From: Patescibacteria group bacterium
GTDB lineage: Bacteria > Patescibacteriota > Minisyncoccia > Phycocordibacterales > PALSA-1337
DNA: 45,672 nucleotides
Assembly: GCA_028865615.1 (NCBI GenBank)
Contig: JAGWJT010000002.1
Coordinates: forward strand, 1 to 45,672
Direction: 5' to 3'
Position numbers and translations under genes: made by a program. Shown here one piece after another: positions 1-8,246 of this stretch. Position 1 is the first letter of the stretch. Each line of letters opens with the position of its first letter. The notes below the pieces were generated by a model. The model worked only from the letters and a program-made list of their open reading frames with translations. It was not told the DNA's origin and did not search any database.

Positions 1-16
1 TGTTTTAGATATGTTG

Positions 17-46
17 AAACCCCGCTCCGGTGATGCCGAAGCGGGG
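17..46 (-). terminator. possible intrinsic terminator for the minus-strand ORF ending at 63
   Basis: Stem CCCCGCT (20-26) / AGCGGGG (40-46). On the minus strand it is followed only by TTTC, so the T-tract is weak. Confidence 0.35.
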
Positions 47-62
47 TATCGTGATTTTGACG

Positions 63-623
63 TCAATCGTCTAGGCTCGCCATGATCTCGCCGAGAGGTC
101 GAAAGCGACTTTTGCCGGACCAGCCATTCAGCTTGCAATAATACTCATATCGTCCAACCTTGGTGCCGACGCCGACGAAGTGGGCATATCCGGCACCGTT
201 CATGGTGATGCTATGCGCCTCACCGTAGTCCAGGATGCGTTCCTCAATTCCAGAGACTTCCACCAAGGCAAAGCGACCGTTGGTCTGGCCGAACTCGCCG
301 GTCTCGATATAATAAACAAAGAAGTCGTCAGTTGGCGCCATCGCCGACACAGGGTCTCTCCGTTCGACTGGCGGCCGGCCTTTGCACCCGAGGATTTTGG
401 CGGCCCTTTCAACCGGTAGACGATGAGTCTCGCGGCTGCACATGTTCAATAGAGCTAATCTATACATACTTTCTGTCTCACTTTCTTTGTATGTACTTGA
501 ACCGTTCATCGGCCCAAGCAGTTGTCGCCGTTTTTGACGCGGGTACAACGCGGAAACCGGAAATATCCGGGCTCTGCGTTGTATCCGAGTCTGTATTACA
601 AAGAACCGGCCAAAGCTTAACAT
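63..623 (-). CDS. hypothetical protein; start uncertain (in-frame ATGs also at 509 and 467)
   Basis: 186-codon ORF. The C-terminal two thirds look protein-like (FFVYYIETGEFGQTNGRFALVEV...). The N-terminal 50 residues are Arg-rich and may be untranslated. No motif recognised. Confidence 0.4.
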   Translation of the reverse strand: MLSFGRFFVIQTRIQRRARIFPVSALYPRQKRRQLLGPMNGSSTYKESETESMYRLALLNMCSRETHRLPVERAAKILGCKGRPPVERRDPVSAMAPTDDFFVYYIETGEFGQTNGRFALVEVSGIEERILDYGEAHSITMNGAGYAHFVGVGTKVGRYEYYCKLNGWSGKSRFRPLGEIMASLDD

Positions 624-928
624 ATTTTAGTATTTTGTCAATCTCACCATGGTGAATTCTGCCGGTATTTCATTCAAGGGCTAGAAATAAACCGCGGGTA
701 CTGGCTGAACAGCCAGGTCTTTGACTTCGAGAGCCTCAAAACTCAAGTAGATATTTGAGATTACTTGCAAGTCGTTATAACAAAAAAGGAGCTGGAACAG
801 CTCCCCGGTCGGTCGTTCATTGCCTGGGAAGTCTGGAAACTTCAAAGGAGGCCGCTAGGCAAAGCCGAATAACCGCTGTCCACAGGCCACAAAGACCGGA
901 ACTCGGCTTGATGATACAATGTAGACGC

Positions 929-1735
929 ATGCCATCGACAACTGCCGCAACCAAGAAAGAGAAGATCCTCATCATAGAGGGAGATGGCGCTTTTGGCGAA
1001 CAGATCGAAACGGCTCTGCAGAAAGAGGGTTACGCAGTAACGCTAGTCAAGGAAGGCACCGCCGCCATGAAGAGCATGTATGATCAACTGCCGCACCTCG
1101 TGCTCTTGGATGTCGTCATCCCGGGCGCGGACGCGTACGATATCCTCTCCAAGAAACAGTCAGAGCCGCTCTTGGCAAAGATCCCCCTATTCCTGCTCTC
1201 CATACAGGGCGTGCCGATCAACATGTCGCTGGTGCCCAAAGGCAGCGTCACGGAATATCTCATGGCCCTACATGCTGATCCAAACGACATAGTCGACAAG
1301 GTCGATAGGATATTCGGCCATGAATCGATATCGCAAGAGGCCCCGGATCCGGCGACGGCGGCCAACAAGATCAAAGTCCTATGGGTAGAGGACGACAAGC
1401 TCATCAGCACCATACTGTCCAAGAAGCTCGTCTCGTCCGGCTTCGACCTTTTCCACGCCAAAGACGGCGAAGAGGCCATGGTAGCTCTGAAGCAGACCGT
1501 ACCGGATGTCATAGTCCTGGATGTCATACTGCCTGGCATGAGCGGTTTCGACATATTGCAGAAAGTCAAACAGGATCCCCAACTGGCCCGAGTGCCTGTC
1601 ATGATACTCTCGAACCTTTCCAAGCAGAGCGACATAGAAAAGGCACAGATCCTAGGCGCCCAGAAGTTCCTGGTCAAGGCGGCGGCCTCGCTCGATCAGA
1701 TAGTCAATGAGATCAAAGGATTGAAAAGACCGTAA
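929..1735 (+). CDS. tandem receiver (REC-REC) response-regulator protein without output domain
   Basis: Second half is a canonical CheY-like receiver (VLWVEDD...VIVLDVILPGMSGFD...MILSNLS...KFLVKA). The first half is receiver-like but degenerate (IIEGDG, LLSIQG). I start it at ATG 929 because TGaTACAAT sits 8 nt upstream. The track ORF begins at a TTG at 755. Confidence 0.75.
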   Translation: MPSTTAATKKEKILIIEGDGAFGEQIETALQKEGYAVTLVKEGTAAMKSMYDQLPHLVLLDVVIPGADAYDILSKKQSEPLLAKIPLFLLSIQGVPINMSLVPKGSVTEYLMALHADPNDIVDKVDRIFGHESISQEAPDPATAANKIKVLWVEDDKLISTILSKKLVSSGFDLFHAKDGEEAMVALKQTVPDVIVLDVILPGMSGFDILQKVKQDPQLARVPVMILSNLSKQSDIEKAQILGAQKFLVKAAASLDQIVNEIKGLKRP

Positions 1736-1758
1736 AAAGGTGATATCATCCGCCCACT

Positions 1759-4419
1759 ATGCCCGGTGACAAGAAAAAACCGGCTCGTGAAAGCGTACAT
1801 GGCGAGGAAAAGATCGTCGTCAAAGGCGCGCGCACCCACAATCTCAAGAACATCACCGTGGAGATGCCGCGGAACAAGATGATAGCCATAACCGGCCTGT
1901 CCGGATCCGGCAAGTCGTCTCTGGCTTTTGACACTATATTTGCCGAAGGCCAGCGGCGCTACATCGAATCGCTCTCTGCATATGCCCGCCAATTCCTGCA
2001 CAAGATGCAAAAGCCGGATGTGGACGAGATCATCGGCCTGTCGCCGGCTATTTCCATAGATCAGAAGTCACGCTCCAACAATCCGCGCTCGACCGTGGCC
2101 ACAATCACGGAGATATACGACTATATGCGCATCCTGTTCGCCCGCGTGGGCAAGCCTCATTGCCTAGTCTGCGGTCGAGAAATACATCGCATATCCAAGG
2201 AGGAAATCCTGGAAACCGTACTGAAGACGGTCACAGAGAGGACCACTAGGGCGAACAAGGTATTTGGAGTAGATATAGACAAAGCCAAGATCGTTATATA
2301 CGCTCCGGTCGTCGTCGGCAGAAAAGGCGAATATTATCAGATGCTCTACGACATGCTCGGCAAAGGTTATGATCGTGTCAGGATAGACGGCAAGGTCCAC
2401 AGGCTCCGCGATCAGATCATATTGGAGAAGAACAAGAAGCATGACATCGATGTGTTGGTCGACGAGATATTTATCAGCGAATTCAAAGACAAGAAACAGG
2501 CCGACGGCGCCCGAGAGCGTCTGTCCGAGGCGTTGGAAAGGGCGGTGCAAGAGGCGGACGGATTGATCAGGATAGCGTATCCTTGGTTGCCCTCGATTCG
2601 CTCGGCTCCGGTTCCCGAGGAGGAGCTTTCGCGTCCCGCCGACAACGAAACCTTGATGTCAGTCAAATTCATGTGTCCATACGATGGATTTTCGTATCCG
2701 GAAGTCGAGCCGAGACTGTTCTCTTTCAATTCGCCTTATGGAGCATGCTCCGTATGCAACGGCCTCGGCACGGAGAGCATATTCTCCGACAAACCCTGCC
2801 CGGAATGCAAAGGCGCCCGTCTGCGGCCGGAAGCGCTGCATGTCAAGATAGGCAAGTCGAACATAGTCGACGTCACGTCTCTATCTATAGAGAAAGCCGT
2901 CGGCTTCTTCGAGCGCATAGAATTGACGCCTGTAGAGAAAGAGATAGCCAAGGTTGTGCTCAAAGAGATCGAGGCGCGCCTTTCATTCATGGTCAATGTG
3001 GGCATAGAATATCTGACACTCGACCGCAGGGCACACACGCTCTCCGGTGGAGAAGCCCAACGGATAAGATTAGCTTCGCAGCTCGGTTCTGGGCTGGTAG
3101 GCGCGTTGTACGTATTGGACGAACCGACTATTGGCCTTCATCAACGCGATAACGATAAATTGATCAAGACTCTGCTTCATTTACGCGATATTGGAAACAC
3201 CATCGTGGTCGTTGAACACGATGAAGATACTATGTATTCATCCGATTATATCGTCGACATAGGACCGGGCGCGGGAGTCCATGGCGGGGAAGTCGTGGTC
3301 TCCGGATACTTGAAAGACTTGCTCGCGGCCAAGACCAACCGGTCGGGCTCCCTGACTCTGGCCTATCTACGCGGCGAGGAGAAGATAAGCAAGCCTATGC
3401 GCAGGCGCAAAGCCAACGGGCATATAAGCGTTCGCAATGCAGACATATTCAATATCAAGGACATGAACATCGACGTGCCCTTGGGGGTCTTCAATGTCAT
3501 CACCGGCGTCTCCGGCTCAGGCAAGTCTTCGTTCATGTACGAGATATTGCACAGGAATCTGCAGGCGCGTCTTGAGTTCATGCACCGCTCGGCCGAGACT
3601 TATAACTGCCGAGAATTTACGGGCGCCGAGAAAGTCGGCCGTGTCATACTGATAGACCAGTCACCCATAGGCCGCACGCCACGGTCAAATCCGGCCACAT
3701 ACACGGGCGCTTGGACCCATATCCGCGACCTTTTTGCTTCGGAGCCGGAAGCCCGCGCCCGCGGTTGGGGGCCTGGCAGATTCTCTTTCAATAGACCGGG
3801 CGGCCGGTGCGAAGCCTGCCAAGGAAACGGCGAGATAGCTGTGGAGATGCATTTCCTGCCGACAGTATACGTCACATGTGACATATGCGGCGGCAAACGA
3901 TTCATGAAGGAAACTCTGGACATCAAATATCGCAAGAAAAACATCCATGAAGTGTTGGAGCTGACTATAGAGGAGGCGCTGGAATTCTTCCGGGACATAC
4001 CGGCAGTAGAGGACAGACTGAAGACTTTGATGGACGTCGGTCTGGGATATGTGAAGCTCGGCCAGGCGGCCACCACTCTGTCCGGCGGCGAGGCTCAGCG
4101 AGTCAAGATATCGAGCGAGCTATACAGGGCTCATCTGCAAAGGACCATATACTTGCTGGACGAGCCTACCGTGGGTTTGCACTATGAGGACGTCAAGAAG
4201 CTCATAGATATCCTGCAAAAGCTGGTAGACAAGGGAAATACGGTAGTGGTCATCGAGCACAACCTGGATCTGATCAAAAGCGCCGATTACGTCATCGACA
4301 TAGGCCCGGAAGGCGGCGAGCGCGGCGGCAAGATAGTGGCTCGCGGCACGCCGGAGGAAGTGGCGCGCAACGACAAGTCTTATACGGGGCAGTATTTGAA
4401 GAAAGCGTTGAAGAAATGA
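1759..4419 (+). CDS. uvrA: excinuclease ABC subunit A
   Basis: 886 aa. Two ABC modules (GLSGSGKSS and GVSGSGKSS Walker A, LSGGEAQR twice), Cys clusters of the zinc modules, and a UvrB-binding-like segment (VVGRKGEY...RVRIDG). Confidence 0.95.
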   Translation: MPGDKKKPARESVHGEEKIVVKGARTHNLKNITVEMPRNKMIAITGLSGSGKSSLAFDTIFAEGQRRYIESLSAYARQFLHKMQKPDVDEIIGLSPAISIDQKSRSNNPRSTVATITEIYDYMRILFARVGKPHCLVCGREIHRISKEEILETVLKTVTERTTRANKVFGVDIDKAKIVIYAPVVVGRKGEYYQMLYDMLGKGYDRVRIDGKVHRLRDQIILEKNKKHDIDVLVDEIFISEFKDKKQADGARERLSEALERAVQEADGLIRIAYPWLPSIRSAPVPEEELSRPADNETLMSVKFMCPYDGFSYPEVEPRLFSFNSPYGACSVCNGLGTESIFSDKPCPECKGARLRPEALHVKIGKSNIVDVTSLSIEKAVGFFERIELTPVEKEIAKVVLKEIEARLSFMVNVGIEYLTLDRRAHTLSGGEAQRIRLASQLGSGLVGALYVLDEPTIGLHQRDNDKLIKTLLHLRDIGNTIVVVEHDEDTMYSSDYIVDIGPGAGVHGGEVVVSGYLKDLLAAKTNRSGSLTLAYLRGEEKISKPMRRRKANGHISVRNADIFNIKDMNIDVPLGVFNVITGVSGSGKSSFMYEILHRNLQARLEFMHRSAETYNCREFTGAEKVGRVILIDQSPIGRTPRSNPATYTGAWTHIRDLFASEPEARARGWGPGRFSFNRPGGRCEACQGNGEIAVEMHFLPTVYVTCDICGGKRFMKETLDIKYRKKNIHEVLELTIEEALEFFRDIPAVEDRLKTLMDVGLGYVKLGQAATTLSGGEAQRVKISSELYRAHLQRTIYLLDEPTVGLHYEDVKKLIDILQKLVDKGNTVVVIEHNLDLIKSADYVIDIGPEGGERGGKIVARGTPEEVARNDKSYTGQYLKKALKK

Positions 4420-4429
4420 TATGGATATA

Positions 4430-4463
4430 ATGCGAATCTACGAATATATCCGAATCTACAAAT
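4430..4463 (-). repeat. two ATTCG-type motif units (reverse orientation)
   Basis: The reverse complement reads ATTTGTAGATTCGGAT and TATTCGTAGATTCGCAT. This is the same family as 34841, 38568, 42117, 44156 and 45038. Confidence 0.7.
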
Positions 4464-4476
4464 AAGACAACCGGAC

Positions 4477-4500
4477 AAAAAAACGCCGAGTTGATCGACG
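4477..4500 (-). terminator. intrinsic terminator of the small minus-strand ORF
   Basis: On the minus strand: CGTCG-ATCAACT-CGGCG (one G.U pair) followed by TTTTTTT. Confidence 0.55.
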
Positions 4501-4521
4501 TGGATAGATGGCATACGGATA

Positions 4522-4719
4522 TTAGTCCCCATAGTATTTCATCAGACCGAACCTGATAAGCGAGACTGCATTGTCGCGAAGGCAGAACGCTCCTTTGATG
4601 ATCCATATTGATAACCAAATGGCACCAAATAAAACATACAGGCAGACGGCCAATGACGTTGATGGGTGGAAAATGTAGGTATAGTCTTTTTCCCTACGCT
4701 TGCTGAACAACAATGACAT
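4522..4719 (-). CDS. small hypothetical membrane protein
   Basis: 65 codons with one clear hydrophobic helix (LAVCLYVLFGAIWLSIWII). It has its own downstream terminator and lies in the uvrA-uvrC gap. Confidence 0.4.
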   Translation of the reverse strand: MSLLFSKRREKDYTYIFHPSTSLAVCLYVLFGAIWLSIWIIKGAFCLRDNAVSLIRFGLMKYYGD

Positions 4720-4781
4720 AACGAATTTGTGTTGATATTTTTTGACTTGCTAACATCTAATCGCTAGGATACTCTGCATTT

Positions 4782-6035
4782 ATGACTAGTCAAGGACTGA
4801 AAAAGCTGCATACGCCCGACACGCCGGGAGTGTACGTATGGCGCGACGCCAGGAAGCGGCCGCTATATATAGGCCGCGCCACTTCTCTGCGCGACAGGCT
4901 GAAAAGCTATTTTGCCGCCGACCTCATAGAGACTCGTGGTCCTCGCATAGTCGACATGGTCACGAAGTCGAAAACCGTGACATGGCAGGTTACAGACTCC
5001 GTCCTTGAAGCAATCATCCTCGAGAGCAAGCTCATCAAACGCTATCAGCCTCATTACAATGTCGATGAGCGCGACGACAAGAGCGACCAGTATGTGGTCG
5101 TCACCGATGAGGAGTGGCCGCGCGTCTTCACGGCCAGGGCAAGGGATTACGACGCCATGAGGAAGACCGGCGCTCTGCCATACAAGCCCAAGAAGATATT
5201 CGGGCCTTTCGTGCATTCCGGTCTGCTCAAAGACGCCCTCAAGATATTGCGTAAAATGTTTCCATTCAGGGACTTGAAAGCCGCCGATCCGAGGCACGAG
5301 GCTTTCTACCGCTCGCTCGGTCGATCACCAGGCACCAACAGTCGTGAAGCGCGTCAGAAATATCTGAAGACTATCGAGTACCTGATGATGTTCTTCGACG
5401 GTAGAAAAAAAGACATCCGTAAGAGATTGCAGACTGATATGAATGATGCGGTCACAGATATGCGTTTCGAGGACGCCGCCGTATATAAGAGGCTTTTGTA
5501 CGCTATAGATCACATCAATGACATCGCGTTGATAAAGAAAGAAGCCGGGAGCTGGGTTAACCGTCCGGCGGATAGAGTCGGGGGAAAGCCCGGGTTTAGG
5601 ATCGAGGCATACGACATAGCCCATCTATCTGGTACAAACGTAGTCGGTGCTATGACGGTCTCTGTCGACGGTCAGGCTGACAAAAGCGGATACAGGAAAT
5701 TCAAGATATCCAGACAAGCCAACGATGATATCGCCGGCTTGGCAGATATACTGTCACGCAGGCTCGATCATCCGGAATGGCCTTATCCTGACCTGATCGT
5801 AGTGGACGGCAACGAGATGCATCTGAACGCGGCCGAAGCTGTCCTCAAAGCGCGCCGCATTTCGATACCTATAGCAGCTGTGACCAAGGACGAACACCAC
5901 AAAGCTTCCAAGATCATCGGCCAAGCGGACACGACAAGGAGATTCAAAGATGCCATAGTGGCCATCAACGCCGAAGCTCACAGATTTGCCATCGCATATC
6001 ACAGGAGCATACGTACAAAAAGTCTGCTACAATAA
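4782..6035 (+). CDS. uvrC: excinuclease ABC subunit C, short form lacking the C-terminal (HhH)2 domain
   Basis: GIY-YIG N-terminus (GVYVWRD...PLYIGRATSLRDRL), a UVR-like helix (MRFEDAAVYKRLLYAIDHI) and an RNase H-like endonuclease domain (RIEAYDIAHLSG...EAHRFAIAYHR). The ORF stops 11 residues after the endonuclease domain. Confidence 0.85.
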   Translation: MTSQGLKKLHTPDTPGVYVWRDARKRPLYIGRATSLRDRLKSYFAADLIETRGPRIVDMVTKSKTVTWQVTDSVLEAIILESKLIKRYQPHYNVDERDDKSDQYVVVTDEEWPRVFTARARDYDAMRKTGALPYKPKKIFGPFVHSGLLKDALKILRKMFPFRDLKAADPRHEAFYRSLGRSPGTNSREARQKYLKTIEYLMMFFDGRKKDIRKRLQTDMNDAVTDMRFEDAAVYKRLLYAIDHINDIALIKKEAGSWVNRPADRVGGKPGFRIEAYDIAHLSGTNVVGAMTVSVDGQADKSGYRKFKISRQANDDIAGLADILSRRLDHPEWPYPDLIVVDGNEMHLNAAEAVLKARRISIPIAAVTKDEHHKASKIIGQADTTRRFKDAIVAINAEAHRFAIAYHRSIRTKSLLQ

Positions 6036-6042
6036 GGCCTCG

Positions 6043-6133
6043 CGGAGAATCGCATTTACATTCGTGCAAAGTGCTTTTGTGGCTATATTTTATGCGGTGT
6101 GACACGTTGCCCGAATGTACATGCGATTCTCCG
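6043..6133 (+). repeat. long hairpin element, family 2, copy A, directly after the uvrC stop
   Basis: Outer stem pairs 21 of 22 positions (6043-6064 with 6112-6133). An inner helix GCAAAGTG/CACGTTGC carries an A.G mismatch. Copies B (16280) and C (45642) share the inner part. Confidence 0.8.
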
Positions 6134-6145
6134 TGAAGCCCATTC

Positions 6146-7126
6146 ATGACCAAGAAACGAGTAGGCGTCATACGAGGCGGCCCCAGCGCCGAATACGAAG
6201 TGTCCCTAGGCACCGGCACAAATGTGCTGTCGGCATTGCATTTTAGACATGAAGATAAATACGTTCCAGTGGATATACTGATAGACAAGAGCGGCATATG
6301 GCACGTGGACGGAGCACCTGTAGAGCCGGACAACGCTCTGCGGCGCGTAGATATCATAGTGAACGCCTTGCACGGCACATATGGCGAAGACGGCAAAGTC
6401 CAACGTCTGCTGGAAGCTCACGGCATGCCATTCACAGGCTCTGGCTCCCTGGCATCGGCCGTAGCCATGAATAAGATTCTGACCAAGGAAGTGGCCAAGA
6501 AGCACGGCATAAAGTCGCCTTATTGGAAGGAGGTAAGTTCCGACAGGGTCAAAACAGATCCGGAAGCCGCCGCAAACGAAGTGTTCACTACTTTTTTGCT
6601 TCCAGCAGTCATCAAGCCCGCCGCGAGCGGATCGTCTGTGGGCGTATCGATAGTCAAGGATAGGGCCGGCATAGCCGACGCCTTGATCGCAGCGGCCGGA
6701 CACGGCCATGCCATCATGATAGAAGAATTCATTTCCGGCATAGAGGCTACATGCGGTGTCGTCGAGAGCTTCCGTGGCCAACAGCTGTACGCTCTTCCTC
6801 CTATAGAGATACGGCCGAAGACGGCATTCTTCGACTACAAAGCCAAATACACACCGGGTATGTCCGACGAAATAGTCCCGGCCAGGTTCGCCGACGAAAT
6901 AAAACGTGAGATAGAGAGCTTGGCGGCCAAAGTCCATGAAGTTCTGGGGTTGCGGCATTATTCAAGATCGGACTTTATCATCCATCCTCGGCGTGGCATA
7001 TACTTCTTGGAAGTCAACACTCTGCCGGGCCTGACCGACGGCTCGCTCATCCCAAAGGCTCTGCGCGCCGTCGGTAGCGATACGCATGAATTAGTTGATC
7101 ATCTGATCAGGTTAGCATTGCAATGA
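6146..7126 (+). CDS. ddl: D-alanine--D-alanine ligase
   Basis: 326 aa ATP-grasp protein. N-terminus KKRVGVIRGGPSAEYEVSL; C-terminus YFLEVNTLPGLT. Confidence 0.9.
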   Translation: MTKKRVGVIRGGPSAEYEVSLGTGTNVLSALHFRHEDKYVPVDILIDKSGIWHVDGAPVEPDNALRRVDIIVNALHGTYGEDGKVQRLLEAHGMPFTGSGSLASAVAMNKILTKEVAKKHGIKSPYWKEVSSDRVKTDPEAAANEVFTTFLLPAVIKPAASGSSVGVSIVKDRAGIADALIAAAGHGHAIMIEEFISGIEATCGVVESFRGQQLYALPPIEIRPKTAFFDYKAKYTPGMSDEIVPARFADEIKREIESLAAKVHEVLGLRHYSRSDFIIHPRRGIYFLEVNTLPGLTDGSLIPKALRAVGSDTHELVDHLIRLALQ

Positions 7127-7308
7127 AATCACCCAAGAAGCCAAAAGGTCTGACTTCGTTGGAGCGTTTCGTACACTTCCAGTGCGGTGCCTGTCATGGC
7201 TGGTGGGGAATAGGCGACGCACCGAATCGCAAAGAGTGGATCTGCCCGTGGTGTGGCCTGAAACAGTCGTTCGTAGATAAGACGCCGAAAGTGATGAAGT
7301 ATAGGTAA
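7123..7308 (+). CDS. small zinc-ribbon protein
   Basis: 61 codons. Two CxxC pairs (CGAC...CPWC). Its ATG overlaps the ddl stop (ATGA), suggesting translational coupling. Confidence 0.5.
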   Translation: MKSPKKPKGLTSLERFVHFQCGACHGWWGIGDAPNRKEWICPWCGLKQSFVDKTPKVMKYR

Positions 7309-7310
7309 GG

Positions 7311-7383
7311 TGGACCCGAGCGGTTTCGAACCGCTTGCCTCCGCTTTGCAAAAGCGGCGCTCTACCAATTGAGCTACGGGCCC
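7311..7383 (-). tRNA. tRNA-Ala (anticodon UGC)
   Basis: Folded by hand into a cloverleaf: acceptor GGGCCCG/CGGGTCC with G3:U70, anticodon loop TTTGCAA, T-loop TTCGAAA. CCA is not encoded. Confidence 0.9.
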
Positions 7384-7464
7384 ATTCTCTATGGTCCAAT
7401 CTGCTTGAACTACCGGCTTTCTAGTGATATCCACAGACTGTCCACGGAATGAGGATACACGACT

Positions 7465-7492
7465 TTGACGCTATATTCAATGATTGTATAAT
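7465..7492 (+). promoter_or_regulatory. sigma-70-like promoter for the Cys-rich mini-ORF
   Basis: TTGACG (7465-7470), 16-nt spacer, TATAAT (7487-7492). Confidence 0.55.
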
Positions 7493-7541
7493 TATCGCCT
7501 AGGTCGAGATTATCCGCCTAATCGACTAATTGATTACTATC

Positions 7542-7619
7542 ATGGCAGATGAACAGAAGTGCGAGTGCGGCCACGCCGCACACGATGGCAAATGCAGCCA
7601 GTGTGATTGCGAGAAGTAA
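7542..7619 (+). CDS. 25-aa Cys/His-rich peptide (MADEQKCECGHAAHDGKCSQCDCEK)
   Basis: ATG...TAA ORF too short for the ORF track. It has a near-consensus promoter 50 nt upstream and a strong terminator 20 nt downstream. It contains 5 Cys and 2 His in 25 residues. Confidence 0.45.
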   Translation: MADEQKCECGHAAHDGKCSQCDCEK

Positions 7620-7638
7620 ATATCTTCGTGCACGACGG

Positions 7639-7678
7639 AAAACCGCCTGATGCCGATCGGCAATGGGCGGTTTTCTAT
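7639..7678 (+). terminator. intrinsic terminator
   Basis: AAAACCGCC...GGCGGTTTT stem followed by TTTTCTATT. The loop contains the GCCGATCGGC palindrome. Confidence 0.7.
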
Positions 7679-7694
7679 TGCGGCTTTTTCTCGG

Positions 7695-7765
7695 TGGACC
7701 TACCGGGAGTCGAACCCGGGATTCGGCAATGCGAATGCCGCGTAATACCACTTTACTATAGGCCC
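7695..7765 (-). tRNA. tRNA-Ala (anticodon CGC)
   Basis: Acceptor GGGCCTA/TAGGTCC with G3:U70, anticodon loop TTCGCAT, T-loop TTCGACT. 71 nt. Confidence 0.88.
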
Positions 7766-7853
7766 TAGCGAGGAGCGAAATGAATATACCATATTCATTT
7801 CGTCCGAGCGACGGGCATATATAAGGAGCAAAGCGACGAATATAGGCCCATTC

Positions 7854-7969
7854 GCGGTACGCAGGAATGTTCGGTTGAGGGACCTTTCGAGCGCGGCTGG
7901 CGCTCGAACTGAACGATTTTCCAGCAGGAAAATCGTGTGTCCCGAAGCCGGAGCATTCCTGCGTACCGC
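7854..7969. repeat. structured palindromic element, family 3, copy 1
   Basis: Outer stem GCGGTACGCAGGAATG/CATTCCTGCGTACCGC encloses two hairpins (TTCGAGCGC-GGCTG-GCGCTCGAA and CGATTTTCC-AGCA-GGAAAATCG). The ~65-nt core is nearly identical to the reverse complement of 19651-19720. Confidence 0.85.
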
Positions 7970-7982
7970 CTATTTTTCAAAG

Positions 7983-8053
7983 TCGGGGTGCCGAGAATCG
8001 AACTCGGACCTCACGCACCCGAAGCGTGTATACTACCACTATACTACACCCCG
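7983..8053 (-). tRNA. tRNA-Pro (anticodon CGG)
   Basis: Acceptor CGGGGTG/CACCCCG, anticodon loop TTCGGGT, T-loop TTCGATT. Confidence 0.88.
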
Positions 8054-8105
8054 ATGAAGAGAAGATTAGCAGTTTTTGCCATTTCCGTCTATTCACGACT
8101 ATCTG

Positions 8106-8178
8106 TGGACCGTACCGGACTCGAACCGGTCACCTCACCCATGCCATGGGTGCGCTCTACCAGATGAGCTAACGGCCC
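8106..8178 (-). tRNA. tRNA-Ala (anticodon GGC)
   Basis: Acceptor GGGCCGT/ACGGTCC with G3:U70, anticodon loop ATGGCAT, T-loop TTCGAGT. Confidence 0.88.
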
Positions 8179-8208
8179 TTCTTCTGGTGCGGATAATCTA
8201 GCATGGAT

Positions 8209-8237
8209 TTGAGAAAATCTCAAAAATGTCGTAAACT
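8209..8237 (+). promoter_or_regulatory. promoter for the plus-strand tRNA-Pro/tRNA-Val pair
   Basis: TTGAGA (8209-8214), 17-nt spacer, TAAACT (8232-8237). The mature tRNA 5' end lies 10 nt downstream. Confidence 0.5.
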
Positions 8238-8246
8238 GCTTGCGAC

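Noticed and set aside
6206-6958. Long antisense ORFs from the six-frame track: 6206-6958, 15875-16516, 36410-37096, 38611-39402, 39811-40521, 41232-41957, 42392-42988 and 44247-45254.
   Set aside because: Each lies entirely opposite a confidently identified gene (ddl, sigma-like, grpE, dnaK, fic, dnaJ, scpA/B). Their compositions are Arg/Ser/Leu-rich, typical of shadow frames, and none has a recognisable motif.
7880-7945. Possible hammerhead ribozyme in the three-way-junction core of the family-3 element.
   Set aside because: One junction strand reads CTGAACG or CTGAGTG, resembling CUGAUGA only in the first four bases. The GAAA strand is absent (CGTGTG or CGCGTG instead). No UH cleavage-site context is present in either orientation.
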